Both the position numbers and the translations under genes were made by a program. Shown piece after piece: positions 14,498-27,637 of a DNA stretch of 64,000 nucleotides; position 1 is the first letter of the stretch; every line of letters starts with the position of its first letter. This stretch comes from Eledone cirrhosa (Eukaryota). The DNA lies in assembly GCA_964016885.1 (NCBI GenBank), contig OZ024743.1, positions 171,740,001 through 171,804,000 on the forward strand, read 5' to 3'. The notes under the pieces were generated by a model. The model saw nothing but the letters and a program-made list of their open reading frames with translations, was not told the origin of the DNA and made no database searches.

Positions 14498-14601
14498 GTG
14501 TGAATTAAGATATTGATTAATACGTAAAGTTATAAATCATATTGTCTGATAAAAGTATAGGCTAACCATAGTCACTATTAGAATCTAAAATATAAGAAAA
14601 C

Positions 14602-14652
<51 letters not shown>

Positions 14653-14669
14653 TCATTTTATAATTTTAT

Positions 14670-16250
14670 AATTTGTTTTGCGAGATTTCTTACCTGAAAA
14701 CGTGTGTTGAAACAGATATTGTTATACTTTGGGAGGGTCATGTTGCAAATAAAAACACATGCACCTGTTGGGTTTCACTTCAATTTATTATAAATTTCCG
14801 GTTGGTTTGTTCGATAACCGGAAGGTTGCTTATATATTATCGGTAGTCTACCTCATTCTTGCCTTGTGGGGCAGAGGCTGCTGTGGTTATGTGTGTCTAA
14901 GTATTCCTTATTGTATGTGAGTTTAATTAAGACTTTCAGCTCACTGGTATCAATCCCACGGTATCAATCACTGGTATCAATCCCAGATCGCTCTCGCTGA
15001 CCATTTCTATGCATTTTTCCACAACAAAATCAACATCGATGGATGGGTATAGTGACAATACATCCATACAACATATTGTACAGCCTGTTAGGTCCCTAGA
15101 CACGTTGCTTTCGCTGATTCTGCTGAGGAGGTCCTCCGTACTGTCGCATATAACTGGGGACATTTCGATGATAGGGCGTATGATCAGGGAGAGGAAGTAG
15201 GAGAGTACGTAGTTACTAGTAGTGTTAGCTCCAAAGACTGGCCGCGTTGGTGGTCCAGTGACTAGGTCACTATTTTCCTTTTAGTCTTTGCGGAGCCTAT
15301 ACAGCGTTCGTATATCGTTGTTGCAGGCCTGGAAGTTGTTGGCAGTCCTTTTATTAGGCTGCATTATGCTAGTCCACATCATCATATGTGCGTTGAGGGG
15401 TTTTCCCCCTTCCTCATGCTCTTGTGGTGTTAACTCTCTTGTGTTAATGATATGGGGTTGCATTGCTTGGATTTAGTTTGGTAGGCTGTCAACTGACATT
15501 CTGCCAGATTTGTTGGAAAGCATACAATCTCTCCATTTTGTGAGCGCTGCATTAGCGTATGCAAGCCATTTGCGGACTTTCCTCCCAGTTTTGGATCTCC
15601 ATTCTATTCTGTTTCCTGCTATGCTGTTCTAGAATCGTTTTAAATTTGGTTCTGGCTATTGTAAATTGTACCTCTGTTTGGTCATCAGCCAGTAACGGTA
15701 ATCCTGATCGTTTGTTAAACCAAAGCGATGTGGGATAAATTCGTCGCATGTTGAAGGACCTATCAGATAGGTCATAGAGTGTCAAATAACAGGGTGTATT
15801 TTTGGCTATGTTGTTATTTTGAATTGTGTTGTTGTCTTTACCAACAGCTTCATAGTTGCTTCTATATCTCTCATTGTTTCTCCTTTCCCTTCGCTCTGTG
15901 TCACTGTTATTTTCTAACTAAATATTCGTCCTGGTTATCTCCCCTGTAATTGTCATTTTCTCTACTTCTCTCATTGTTATTACTCTCCCTTATCTGTGTC
16001 ACTATTATTGTCTAACCTGTTTTCTGTGACTGTGTGTCTCTTGTTGTTGTGATGTGTATTGTGGTGGGGCGCATAGTATGTGTTGTGTGTGTGTTGTTGT
16101 TGTTACTGTGTGTGTTGTTTGTGCGTGTGTGTTGTTATTGTTGTGTGTGTGTGTGTGTGTGTGTTCATGTTGTTGTTGTTTTTTAGTCTCCATCTTATTT
16201 TTGTAAATGTATTTTCTATGTCAGATAAGCATTCTATCATATTTACCTTA
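14670..16250 (-). mobile_element. Penelope-like remnant, N-terminal/RT half ending in a pseudo-LTR copy
   Basis: LYRLRKD, PTRPVFGA, MDVLSLYPSIDVDFVVEKCIEM; 14732-14830 is the reverse complement of 18088-18196. Confidence 0.75.
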
Positions 16251-16739
16251 TAATATGTGGCATATTTAGGTGGTAATTGTAATATGAACCGTTCGTCAGG
16301 ATCAACAGTAGTCCTGCAGTATATATTTGTGTTGTTTTTATTGTTTTCTGAAGTTTCTCATTTTTGTTTCATCTGTTTCAGCCACATTAATTCTTGTTAA
16401 AATGTTTGTTGCATTTCTGGATGATGTATTTTTCTTCTTCATGTATAATGTCTATGAATTCTGATTTTTCTCTTGGTGTAGTGATCTTACTTAATTCTTG
16501 CATTAGGTTACGTTTTTCTTGTTGGTTACGTTTCTCTTGTTGGTTTAATTCTATGTAAATTTTCTTTTTTATGTTTAGAATCAGTGTTCGTTTGAGTCTA
16601 TCAGCTTGTCTTTTGGTTCACTGGGCAAGGCACATTGTTTTATGAAGCGGAGTTGTTGAGATGTTATTATTTTCTTTAGACAACAGAAAATGGTGGTTTT
16701 CAGTATCTTGCTAACCTGGCTAAGGCTTACGATAATTTG

Positions 16740-18196
16740 TAGGAGAACAGTCAGGAATTAGAGAAGAACACCATGGAAAGCATCCATGGAAAGCAAATAG
16801 CTAATTCCATCCACCAGAGTATTATATTTACTATAGACTACGCAGTTAAACACCCCAACCATAGATCACACGTACTGGTAGGAAACTATTAGTAATAGAA
16901 GGCAAATCCTCCATTCCCATTATGCCAAACCCATAATCTCCAAATATCTGATACACCGAAACTCAGCTGTGTCGGACCACATAAAAATCAACATACTGAT
17001 TGCGGACTTAGTAAGAGTGAGGAGGAACGTGTCCCAAATGTGCAACCCCAAAGAATTAGAGAGACACTTACAACACTTCATCTACCGCATGCAGTTCTCT
17101 GGCTACAATCAGAGAGACAAGGTCAGAGCATATAAAGGGCTAGAACCAAATGGGAAAAGATTGTAGAAAATGATGCAAATGGAACTTGTCCCATGTAGAA
17201 GGAGCAACTTTTGGAACAGATTAGAAAGGATTAGGAATAAGGCAAATAAAATAAAGTCATGGTATGATAGCAAATACTAGAGTGTAATATTCGTCAATGC
17301 AACCCCTAGAGGTGAACTAGCTCATAGGTTTAGAAGGGCCCTAGGCAAGCTCAAATTAAATATTAAGATAGTTGAAAGACCAGGTATTCCCATAAAAACC
17401 CTAATTAGCAAAACATACCCATTCCAAAGATCCCCTGTGCTGATAGGAAATGCATAGTCTGCAATCTAAGCCCGCAAATGAACTGCAAAAGTAGGAACGG
17501 AGTATATAGAATAAGATGTACTGGGGGGACAGTGTAGGAATAAGAATATAACATACATACGTAAAACAGCCAGTAGCATAGGAGAAATGATAAGTGAACA
17601 ATGGGGAAACTCCAGGATGGGAAAAACTCATTAGTATTCCACCAACATACCAAAATAGAACATAAAGGTCACATTGGAGAACAGAGAGATAACAATTATA
17701 TCCACACACAGACAAAGCAAAGAGGCAACTATATAAACGAACTCCAACCAAAATTAAACAGAAAACATTTTTGGAATAGCAACATCATAATTAGTAATTA
17801 AGGACAAAATGAAGACATACAGACACACAAAACCAAACTAAAACAAAAAAGAATCAGATACACACAGATAAAACAAACAACCAACTAGGTCAAATAAATA
17901 AACACATAAATAATAGATAAAATAACACACACAGACCCGGATGTAACGCATGTGCAAACTAAGCACACAACGTAAAACACACAAAAATTAGGATGGTGTG
18001 GGACAGAACAAAAAAGAGACACACAAAATAAACAGCTAGTCACTGAGGAGGTCACAGAATGTGTGACGAAAGAACTATGACGATATATTAACAACCTCCC
18101 AATTATCGAAACAACCAACCAACCGGATATTTATAATAAATTGAAGTGAAAAAATAATAGGGTGCGTGTGCTTTTATTGGCAACGTGACCCTACCA
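16740..18196 (+). mobile_element. Penelope-like remnant, C-terminal half (post-RT, GIY-YIG, 3' pseudo-LTR)
   Basis: HYAKPIISKYLIHRNSAVSDHIKINILIADLVRVRRN, MQFSGY, GVYRIRC..YI, followed by a hammerhead-bearing terminal repeat. Confidence 0.75.
18039..18081 (+). ncRNA. Minimal type I hammerhead ribozyme motif
   Basis: GTCA CTGAGGA g GTCACA gaatg TGTGAC GAAAG AA CTA TGAC; the paralog at ~62685-62712 (minus) has palindromic GAAAGATCTT. Confidence 0.65.
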
Positions 18197-18223
18197 ACAA
18201 TATATATATATATATATATATAT

Positions 18224-18309
<86 letters not shown>

Positions 18310-18589
18310 GATGGTAAGAATCGATCTTATAACAACTCTTCTCTAAGAGTTTCTTACATCATTGCACCTGTATCAACATGCACAATGGGGATACATTTGC
18401 TAGACGATATGTTGCCCTTAAATTATTTTTACTGCTCCTAAGGATATTACTTGACTGTTATATTAATAGTGCAGACAATATGAAACAGTTGTATAAAATA
18501 TTGAAATCTCGGAATTTTACCATTTTTGAGTACATTTTTTAAAACTTTCTATTCGATTTGTAAATAATCGAAATTTTACCATTTATGTA

Positions 18590-19030
18590 AGTTCTTTGAC
18601 TTGCTATCCGAGTTTTCTTTGCCAATGCATCGATATAGTCGTACAAACATTCAGAATGTGGATACATTTGTCTGTAGCTCTCTTTCTCTCGCCACCTTCC
18701 AGGGGCCCAATGGACAATCCTTTCGTGTCCGGCACTCCTACCACTGCACCTCCTCCAGCCTTGTCTTCAGACTCCATTCCACGTTATGTGGAGCTGTCTA
18801 CATCGGACAGACATGACAGCGATTGGCGGACTGATTCACTGAGCACCTCCGGGACATCCAGCTTTGCAGTCGATCACCGGTCACCAGACACCTCTGCTCT
18901 ACCGGACACTTCACCCGAGGCATCCTTGCGTGTTCCGGAGCCCCAGAACCACGTTTTAGACTTGAGCAACGCACGATTTTCCTTCTCCAGATCTAGAACT
19001 GTAACAGTTTAAACTCCCCATCCATCTTCT
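18590..19030 (+). mobile_element. Penelope-like GIY-YIG endonuclease remnant
   Basis: GQSFRVRHSYHCTSSSLVFRLHSTLCGAVYIGQT, then RQRLADxFTEH. Confidence 0.75.
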
Positions 19031-19329
19031 TTTCATTCTTCCCTACACACACACCTCTAAACATCCCACATGCTCCACCCTCCACTTCCACCCTGCTCAA
19101 ATCTTCCTTGGCTTCGCTCTACCCATACTCGACTACTGTTCTATCCTGGATTTTACCTGTATACTCTAACACACACACACTCGCACACACACACGCATAC
19201 ATAAACATACACACGGACCCTCACACACACAAAAAACTTCTCTCTACAGATAATACACAGTCAGTAACACATACGTACACACTCACATACATAAAAACTA
19301 CAGAAAAAGCCCCCCACATACTCACACAC

Positions 19330-19388
<59 letters not shown>

Positions 19389-20014
19389 TGAAGTTTAAAG
19401 GCTACAAAAATGTGAAATGGACGAACGAACAAATAAAACCAAGCAAGATGCTATGTGTTACCTTATATAGTTCAATGTCCAGATATTTCAAGATAAAATA
19501 TCTTCTTCGGAGGAATATAAGTGACTTGACCGGAATCGGTAAATGCGCTTGGTCATGCTGCCGAAAGTGGTTGACATAAGTGAGGGAGGCGGATGGGGGG
19601 GGGGGGGGGCATAGGGCCCTATCCCTCTTTTGTGTTTTATATATTTTTTTAGAGGTCTTGCAGGAGAAAGGTCAAGAAGGCCACAGAGTTTTATCGCTTT
19701 ATGTCTATATATATATAAATACACACACACACGCACACACACACACACACACAGAAACATATATGTATATATGTGCGTATATATAAGGACGCACACACAT
19801 ACGCATGCATGCGTACACATACCCATAGAAACACATATATGCACATACATACATTCTCACAGATAAACAACCTGAGAAGCGTGTGTCTTAGTATTCTAGG
19901 GCAAAGAAGTCCTTTCTAATGTTTTCTATACGTGCATGCGCTTGCACTCACAAACACACCCACACACACATATACGTATACGCACATACACATACACACA
20001 CACACACATATATA

Positions 20015-20345
20015 TATTTTAACTACATTGGTGCCACTTCATCGAACTTTAAGTTTCGCTTTTCCAATCATAAACATTCTTTCTCAAATCCATATAAAAA
20101 TGTTCTACTTCATTATCACAATTAATATGGTCTTTCAAAGAGAAAAATATTAAATACTCAATTTCTTGATGTAAACTTAGAAATTTCTGATTCCTATCGA
20201 AACGCTTCCATTTCACCAACCTGCAATCTTTGCAATTTAGAAACTCTATTAATAATTACCAATTATGCTAATTTAATTAATAAAAAGAACGAATTATTTG
20301 CAACTTGTCTCCATAAATCTGCAAATTTAGAAAAAAGTACTGACT
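20015..20345 (+). mobile_element. Penelope-like GIY-YIG remnant
   Basis: NYIGATSSNFKFRFSNHKHSF; CNLCNLETLLI...LINKKNELFATCLHK. Confidence 0.75.
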
Positions 20346-20403
20346 AAGAAGGGAAAAAAATATTGACTATTATTAATAATTCTTGAAATATTAATTATTA
20401 TTA

Positions 20404-20590
20404 TGGATTGGCAGTATCGGTAGAGGGTCGGACGCCATGCTTTCCAGCATAGTTACGTCCCTTTACGATCTGAGTTCAAATCCCGCCGAGGTTGACTTTG
20501 CCTTTCATCCTTACGGGGTCAATGAAATAAAGTACCAGTAATGCACTGGGTAATTGCTGGCCTTGTGCCTAAAGTAGAAACAATTATTAT
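20404..20590 (+). mobile_element. tRNA-derived SINE (Meta-domain-like body, (ATT)n tail)
   Basis: tggcagtatcggtag (A box), gagttcaaatccc (B box), gactttgcctttcatccttacggggtc.at.aaataaagtacc, tail attatt. Confidence 0.85.
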
Positions 20591-21689
20591 ATATATAATG
20601 TTTTGCCTTATCTTAAAAATTGTATATCGGTTTTTTATATAGTAAATTAATCTCATGATGTGACTCAGTATCCTAAGTTCGATTTTAGAATGGTCATTGT
20701 ATAACTAAAATTTACTGAATTTGCGGTTTGAAATATCTTCTGGCTTTCGAAACACTTAGTTAATATAAATGATCACATATGGATTACCTTCCTTTGTTTA
20801 CATTCTGCGTATATAATTTTCGTTCTATCCAAATGGATTAATAATGTATATTTAACATGATTTATAATATTAATCCTTAAAGGGAAACTACATATATTAT
20901 GATATTATGATATAGTTACGGAAGTAAAATCGAAATAGTAATACTTTCAAGAGTAAATATAACTACTTATTAATCCTATAAGTAAATTACAACTGTTTAT
21001 AATGTAAAAAGAATAATTCAGATAATAATTCTAAACATTATATAAAATGCATATACTGATGGTGATATGCGAATATGTTGTGGTAAATATCCTTATACAT
21101 ATATAATATGTTTGTAAACTTGCTTGATAGGTAAAAATGTTTTTGATTTTTGAATTTTGTAACAAAATATTGAATATATTTATTAATTGAACTATGCTTC
21201 TGATTATTATAGAAAATATTTTTTATATTGTTTAATTTTGATATAACATATTAGTATAATTAGCTCAAACATAACCAAATACAAAAGATATTAAAATGTT
21301 CACGGTATTTAATTGGTCGCTTCTATTTGACTTAATATTTGAAAACAACGGTCACGCATCATGTCTTTTTCTTTCTTTCGTTCTTTCCTTTTTGCAGTTA
21401 CGTCTTCCCTCTTCTCTCTTCTATCTCTCTTCTTCTTCTATCTTCTCTTCTTTTTTCTCTCTTCTCCTCTATCTCTCTCTCTCTCTTCCTTTTCTTCCCT
21501 AACACAGATATTTAAGAATTTAAATATTTAAATATTTATGTACGTATGTGTTTATTTATTTCTCTTACATTTTCTCATAGTCACCCCCTCCTTATACTTA
21601 TATCTCGCTCCACATCCTCTTCTTCGTCATATTTAAGTTTATCATGTTATTATTTTTGTATATAAATATTGAGATTTGTTGTAATAAAT

Positions 21690-21960
21690 CACTGCCAATA
21701 GTGGAATTGAACCATCAAGACAGTTGAGGTATGTCATACATCAATTTATATATTTTATCTGATGAGGACGTACTGAAAAAAACAGCACAGTACCTCCGAA
21801 ATATATATAATAAAACATATATTTTGATTATGTGTACGTCTTAATTTATTAATATTTTGAATAATATTATAACTCCACAAAACTTCTTTGAAGAGTGCTT
21901 TTAATGTATTGTAAACCTATATTCATTGAGTAATCAATGAACCATATTAATCTTTGGTTA
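21690..21960 (+). mobile_element. Short hammerhead-bearing element (pseudo-LTR-like) ending in (TA)n; hammerhead 21753-21815
   Basis: TTTTAT CTGATGA GGAcGTACTG...CAGTACcTCC GAAA TATATA TA ATAAAA; homologous to 25615-26068 and 47850-48060. Confidence 0.7.
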
Positions 21961-21987
21961 TATATATATATATACATATATATATAA

Positions 21988-22605
21988 AGCTGTGGGGTTA
22001 CTGTAAACAAAGTGTAAGAGGGTAATAGGGACGTAAGCAAGAGAAGAAAAGTTGTTCTTCATCAGCTGTTTACTGCAGATCATAGATGTTTCGGCGCTTA
22101 AAATAGGACATCGATCCGCAGGGCACCCGGGGCCTTTTATCCATCAAAAGCTCACGAGAGGAAAGAGGAAAAAACGAAATAAACATACCGAATAGAAGGG
22201 GGAAAACAGGATATTGGCACATGCAAGTGAGTAACCGAGGAGAAAATAAATTAAGTTATAACGTACCGATGCATATAAGCCCGGTGGCCGTATAACTGCG
22301 GAGAAAGGGATTTCCGTGTCGATCTCAGTAAAGTGAGTGTAGAGGGAGAGAGAAAGACGGAGAACCCGGAAGTGAGAGGGATAGAAAGAGGGAGAGAAAG
22401 GAAAGGGAGGTAATCCAAAAGGGGTTTACGACACGTGTGTGACCAGGCCAAAAACGAGAGAGAGAGAGAGTCGATATGAAAGCGTGGTGGGACAACAAAT
22501 CGAGCAAAACAGGTAGAGATGAGGTCACAGCAATAAATACAAAAATACAGGTAAATAGGCGGGCTGTGTGGTTACTGTAAAGAAAGTGTAAGATGGTAAT
22601 AGGGA
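21988..22605. repeat. ~45 bp direct repeat pair (21988-22031; 22563-22605) bracketed by (TA)n
   Basis: gctgtggggttactgtaaacaaagtgtaagagggtaataggga vs gctgtgtggttactgtaaagaaagtgtaagatggtaataggga. Confidence 0.75.
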
Positions 22606-22607
22606 AG

Positions 22608-22658
<51 letters not shown>

Positions 22659-22677
22659 ATACATATATATATATATA

Positions 22678-22764
<87 letters not shown>

Positions 22765-22859
22765 CATATATATATATATATATATATAATACATACATAT
22801 ATATATATGTATGTATTATATATATATATATATATTTTTTTTTTTTCCGGGTCTGTCAA

Positions 22860-23079
22860 TATTTATTTATAAAACAAATCTGTATTTTATCTGATGAAAG
22901 CTCATCATAATTTGCCTTGGTTGCCCTTGAAATATATATAATAAAATAAATATGGTTTTATAAATATAGTTTCCATTTATTAATATATTGTGTATTTACT
23001 CCACTAAACAGTTGAGTGCTTTATATCAGTTATAAAAATGTTTAAGCTGGTTGAATCCCAACAAATTAAATATAACCTC

Positions 23080-23082
<3 letters not shown>
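22860..23082 (+). mobile_element. Short hammerhead-bearing element ending in (TA)n; hammerhead 22884-22947
   Basis: ATTTTAT CTGATGA AAG...CTT GAAA TATATA TA ATAAAAT; homologous to 32101-32313. Confidence 0.65.
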
Positions 23083-23163
<81 letters not shown>

Positions 23164-23439
23164 ATATATATGTATGTATTATATATATGTATGTACATGT
23201 ACATATGTATATATACACATAAATACATAAGCACGCACTTATGCGCACACATACAGACACATACATATACGTAGCCTCTTATATAAAGTCCTATGGGGGA
23301 GTGTGTAGTCTTTTATGTTAAGTATTGCATGCCTAATTCTAGTCTATTATTGGTCTAGTCTACTATTGATCTAGTCTATTATTGGGTGTGTTTTGGTTAT
23401 GATTATCGCTTCTGTTACACTTAGATTCCCTACATTTCT

Positions 23440-24700
23440 GTCTCTGGCTTCTATCGTAACTGGCTTCTATCATTTCTTTAAGGGTTTTTTTTTTATTGAG
23501 GAAGCATTTGTATTGAAGTGTCTTTAATTCTCATGTGTAGATGTCGAGTAGTGATTCCTAAATAGAAATCATCACATTTTTGCACTGGACACGGCACACG
23601 ATGTATACTTGCGGGCACAAGCCTGTGTCACTGATAGGGCAGTTAACTAGCGTGCTATATCTGTTGAGGGGCTAGTTGTAGATCTACTCCCTCTCTCATC
23701 ATCGCCTTACCGATAGCCGTTGTTGTATCATCACTGAAGTGAGGAAGCTGTTGGTGAAGGTCGTATTTCGATCGCAGTGTTTCTAACGTGGCTCTTCAGC
23801 ACTACCAAGAAATGTGTGGTGTGCGTGTCTCGGTCCCCGTAGTGTTGCATTTATTCCGGATACGTGTAAGTTCACTCCTTATGTATCCGGACTTGGCACC
23901 AAGGGGGAAGGACGATTTATAATGGACAAACAGGTCCTTGGTGGCGGCTTTTCTGTAGAAGTTGGTGTGGATCCACATTATTCTGCTATCCTGAGGTCGA
24001 ACAGGGAAAGAGATCTAGTGTCATCGAGGTGTTTCATACTGAATCTTGTTATCGTCCATGCTGGAGAATACTGTGTATACCCTGTCTGCCTCATCATGGG
24101 ATGGTGTAAGGTTGAGTATATCATCTACATCCCTGGTGATGAAGGCATAGGTGCGGCAGCTGTTGAGGGCCCGTCTAGGGTGGATCCCATGGGTAGTCCT
24201 GTTGTTTGTCTGTATGTGTGGTGGTTAAAGGTGAAATAGGTATTATCCACCGTGATGGTTAGGAACTGGTGTATGGTGGAGACCCTTGCAGCATATATTT
24301 GTTGAGACTATGTAGTCGGTCAATAGGTTGACTGCTGGGTGAGCGGGGACTCTAGTGTAGGGGGAAACAATGTTGAGACTAAAAAGGTACCTATTAAATC
24401 AAAGTTGGTCTGGCTGGAGTTACATCATAGGAGCTACTGACGTGTCCAGGAAAGGTGGAGAGTATAGATTTAAGGATGTGGATGAGGAGCCAGGAAATTT
24501 TATATAGGGATCTTTCTGTGCCTGAAACAATGGGTTTAATTTGGAGTTTAACCTTATTTTTATGAGTCTAAAGGAGGTGGTAGAATGTGGGTAGTCTACT
24601 ATGTCTAGTGATGAAGTTGTTTCTACGTTTATTGGGAAGTTGTCTCCTGCAGATGTCAGACCAGATGGTGTTGAAGCGTTCTTCGATCCGGGCTACAGAT
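23440..24700 (-). mobile_element. Penelope-like RT/GIY-YIG remnant
   Basis: Minus translation KPIVSG, FSLNIVSPYTRVP, HTYRQTTGLPMGS, RKATTKDLFVHYKSSFP, YIVCRVQC. Confidence 0.75.
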
Positions 24701-24895
24701 AAAGGTAGGTGAAATTTTTAAAGCTCAAGATATGAGATTTGTTACAGTACTTAAACATTTATAACAAGGAGTTCAGACAATTAAATCTTGAAAGCAGCCT
24801 TCTGGGTAGTTTACTATAATAAATCATATATTTTGAATTGTAAAAAATGTCTTCACCTACACTTGTCTGTTTTCGTATTAGATAACGATTTATTC

Positions 24896-24926
<31 letters not shown>

Positions 24927-24934
24927 CATATATG

Positions 24935-25178
24935 AAAAAAAGGAAAAGAATGACTTCACTTGTAGTGTTAAACATTTTTTTGATTTAATTTTATAATATT
25001 ACAGTATTATGAGTTGGTAGATCCAATAAGTTTTTTGTTAACTTCGGTGGGAAGAATTTTAGATTCTTCCCACCGAAGTTAACAAATAACTTACTGGATC
25101 TACCAACTCATAATATTATAAAATTAAATGAAAATAAAGTTTAACACTACAAGTGAAGTCATTCTTTTCCTTTTTTTC
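24935..25178. repeat. Long palindrome centred ~25060, flanked by (TA)n
   Basis: aaaaggaaaagaatgacttcacttgtagtgttaaac...ttcggtgggaagaat tttag attcttcccaccgaa...gtttaacactacaagtgaagtcattcttttccttttt. Confidence 0.9.
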
Positions 25179-25219
25179 AAATATACCTAACTGTACCAAG
25201 GATCTCATACATTTTCCAA

Positions 25220-25256
<37 letters not shown>

Positions 25257-25275
25257 TCACACCCACACACACACA

Positions 25276-25363
<88 letters not shown>

Positions 25364-25581
25364 CGCGACGGTCCAGGTTTGTCATATTTTATCCTGAGTT
25401 CAGTTTTTTTCGCCGCTTTGGCCACTGTGGCCCGCCTATCGGTCGCTATCTTCAATTTGCAAAGCTGTCTAAACGTAATATACGCTATTGAGTGCTTAGC
25501 TGCACACCCCGAATGCATTCGTTAGCCTGGCTGCAACCAGAGCTTCGATGATGCTGTACTAAATTTTGTATGTATATATAG

Positions 25582-25614
<33 letters not shown>

Positions 25615-25615
<1 letters not shown>

Positions 25616-26068
25616 ACAATGATTAATATGGTTCATTGATTACTCAATGAATACAGTTTTACAATAGATTAAAAGCACTCAACAGTAGTTTCCTGGAGTT
25701 TTTAATATTATTCAAAATATTAACAAATGAAGAGATATTCACATAATAAAAACATATGCTTTATTATATATATATTTCAAAGGTACTGTGTTGTTTTTTC
25801 AGTACGTCCTCGTCAGATAAAATATATGATTTGATATATGACATACCTCTACGGTGTTGATAGTTCAATTCCTGTATTGGCAGTCAATCTCACTGCCAAT
25901 ACAGGAATTGAACTATCAAGACCGTAGAGGTATGTCTTATATCAAATCATATATTTTATCTGACGAGGACGTACTGAAAAAACAACACAGTACCTTCGAA
26001 ATATATATATAATAAAGCATATGTTTTGATTATGTGAATATCTTCATTTGTTAATATTTTGAATAATA
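25615..26068. repeat. Palindromic element with two outward-reading hammerhead motifs (minus ~25760-25824, plus ~25953-26017)
   Basis: Centre ggcagt caatctc actgcc (~25885-25891); each arm TTTTAT CTGACGA GGACGTACTG...CAGTACCTT(C/T) GAAA TATATATA TA ATAAA. Confidence 0.8.
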
Positions 26069-26209
26069 TATATACATATATATATACATATGTATATATA
26101 TATATATATTGAATACTATATATACATATATATATATATATACATATGTATATATATATATATTGAATAATATATATACATATATATATATATACATATA
26201 TATATATAC

Positions 26210-26272
<63 letters not shown>

Positions 26273-26385
26273 GTTGAAAAAAAATGAAAACGAAATTTCA
26301 TTTCTCACTCTTAGTATGGCACTTACTTAAATGTAAGTATGTATGTATACGTACATACATATATGTATACAGACGTACAGTAGCA

Positions 26386-26429
<44 letters not shown>

Positions 26430-26602
26430 TATACACATATGCATACAGGTACACATACATATATGCACGCATCAGTTTAGCCTACGTTTATTATAACGCC
26501 GGCCGCTTTGTTCGTTTGTTTGTCAACAAAGCGAACAGCCTGAATTTATGCCATACGGTGTTAAGGCAACCACGTCACCTTTTTGTTCAACACTGACACA
26601 GG

Positions 26603-26647
26603 AACGATGTACTAGTTTCAAGCTTGTTAGCTATCATCAGCACCGTT
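26603..26647 (-). ncRNA. Minimal type I hammerhead ribozyme, array unit 1
   Basis: AACGGTG CTGATGA T AGCT AACA AGCT T GAAAC TA GTA CATCGTT; 7-bp stem I, palindromic stem III ACTAGT, predicted cut after GUA (26610/26609). Confidence 0.8.
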
Positions 26648-26720
26648 TACCCATCTGCCAGATAGTTGAACGTTCGAAAGTATATACTTTCCTTATGAAA
26701 ATTAACGGCTGAGCAGCCTA

Positions 26721-26728
26721 ATTTGCAT
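26721..26728 (-). promoter_or_regulatory. Octamer motif ATGCAAAT (present in each complete array unit)
   Basis: atttgcat on plus; perfect Oct/POU site ~75 nt upstream of the hammerhead on the minus strand; function unproven. Confidence 0.35.
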
Positions 26729-26882
26729 ATTGAGTGAGTTAAATCGGTCAGGCATACCGAAAACGATTAGTTGAAAAAAAATGAAAACGAAATTTCATTT
26801 CTCACTCTTAGTATGGCACTTACTTAAATGTAAGTATGTATGTATACGTACATACATATATGTATACAGACGTACAGTAGCA

Positions 26883-26924
<42 letters not shown>

Positions 26925-27097
26925 TATACACATATGCATACAGGTACACATACATATATGCACGCATCAGTTTAGCCTACGTTTATTATAACGCCGGCCG
27001 CTTTGTTCGTTTGTTTGTCAACAAAGCGAACAGCCTGAATTTATGCCATACGGTGTTAAGGCAACCACGTCACCTTTTTGTTCAACACTGACACAGT

Positions 27098-27142
27098 AAC
27101 GATGTACTAGTTTCAAGCTTGTTAGCTATCATCAGCACCGTT
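27098..27142 (-). ncRNA. Hammerhead ribozyme, array unit 2
   Basis: Identical motif to unit 1. Confidence 0.8.
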
Positions 27143-27377
27143 TACCCATCTGCCAGATAGTTGAACGTTCGAAAGTATATACTTTCCTTATGAAAATTAA
27201 CGGCTGAGCAGCCTAATTTGCATATTGAGTGAGTTAAATCGGTCAGGCATACCGAAAACGATTAGTTGAAAAAAAATGAAAACGAAATTTCATTTCTCAC
27301 TCTTAGTATGGCACTTACTTAAATGTAAGTATGTATGTATACGTACATACATATATGTATACAGACGTACAGTAGCA

Positions 27378-27419
<42 letters not shown>

Positions 27420-27592
27420 TATACACATATGCATACAGGTACACATACATATATGCACGCATCAGTTTAGCCTACGTTTATTATAACGCCGGCCGCTTTG
27501 TTCGTTTGTTTGTCAACAAAGCGAACAGCCTGAATTTATGCCATACGGTGTTAAGGCAACCACGTCACCTTTTTGTTCAACACTGACACAGG

Positions 27593-27637
27593 AACGATGT
27601 ACTAGTTTCAAGCTTGTTAGCTATCATCAGCACCGTT
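27593..27637 (-). ncRNA. Hammerhead ribozyme, array unit 3
   Basis: Identical motif to unit 1. Confidence 0.8.

Noticed and set aside
20648-20765. Possible decayed long-stem hammerhead after the GIY-YIG remnant
   Set aside because: Core reads CTCATGA and the stems are unconvincing
22060-22150. Minus-strand GAAAC...CTGATGA as a type II hammerhead
   Set aside because: No NUH at the expected position and stem II does not pair
26670-26755. Second hammerhead in the array unit (CTGACCGA...GAAAGTATATACTT, minus)
   Set aside because: The core has an extra base and there is no convincing stem I or II
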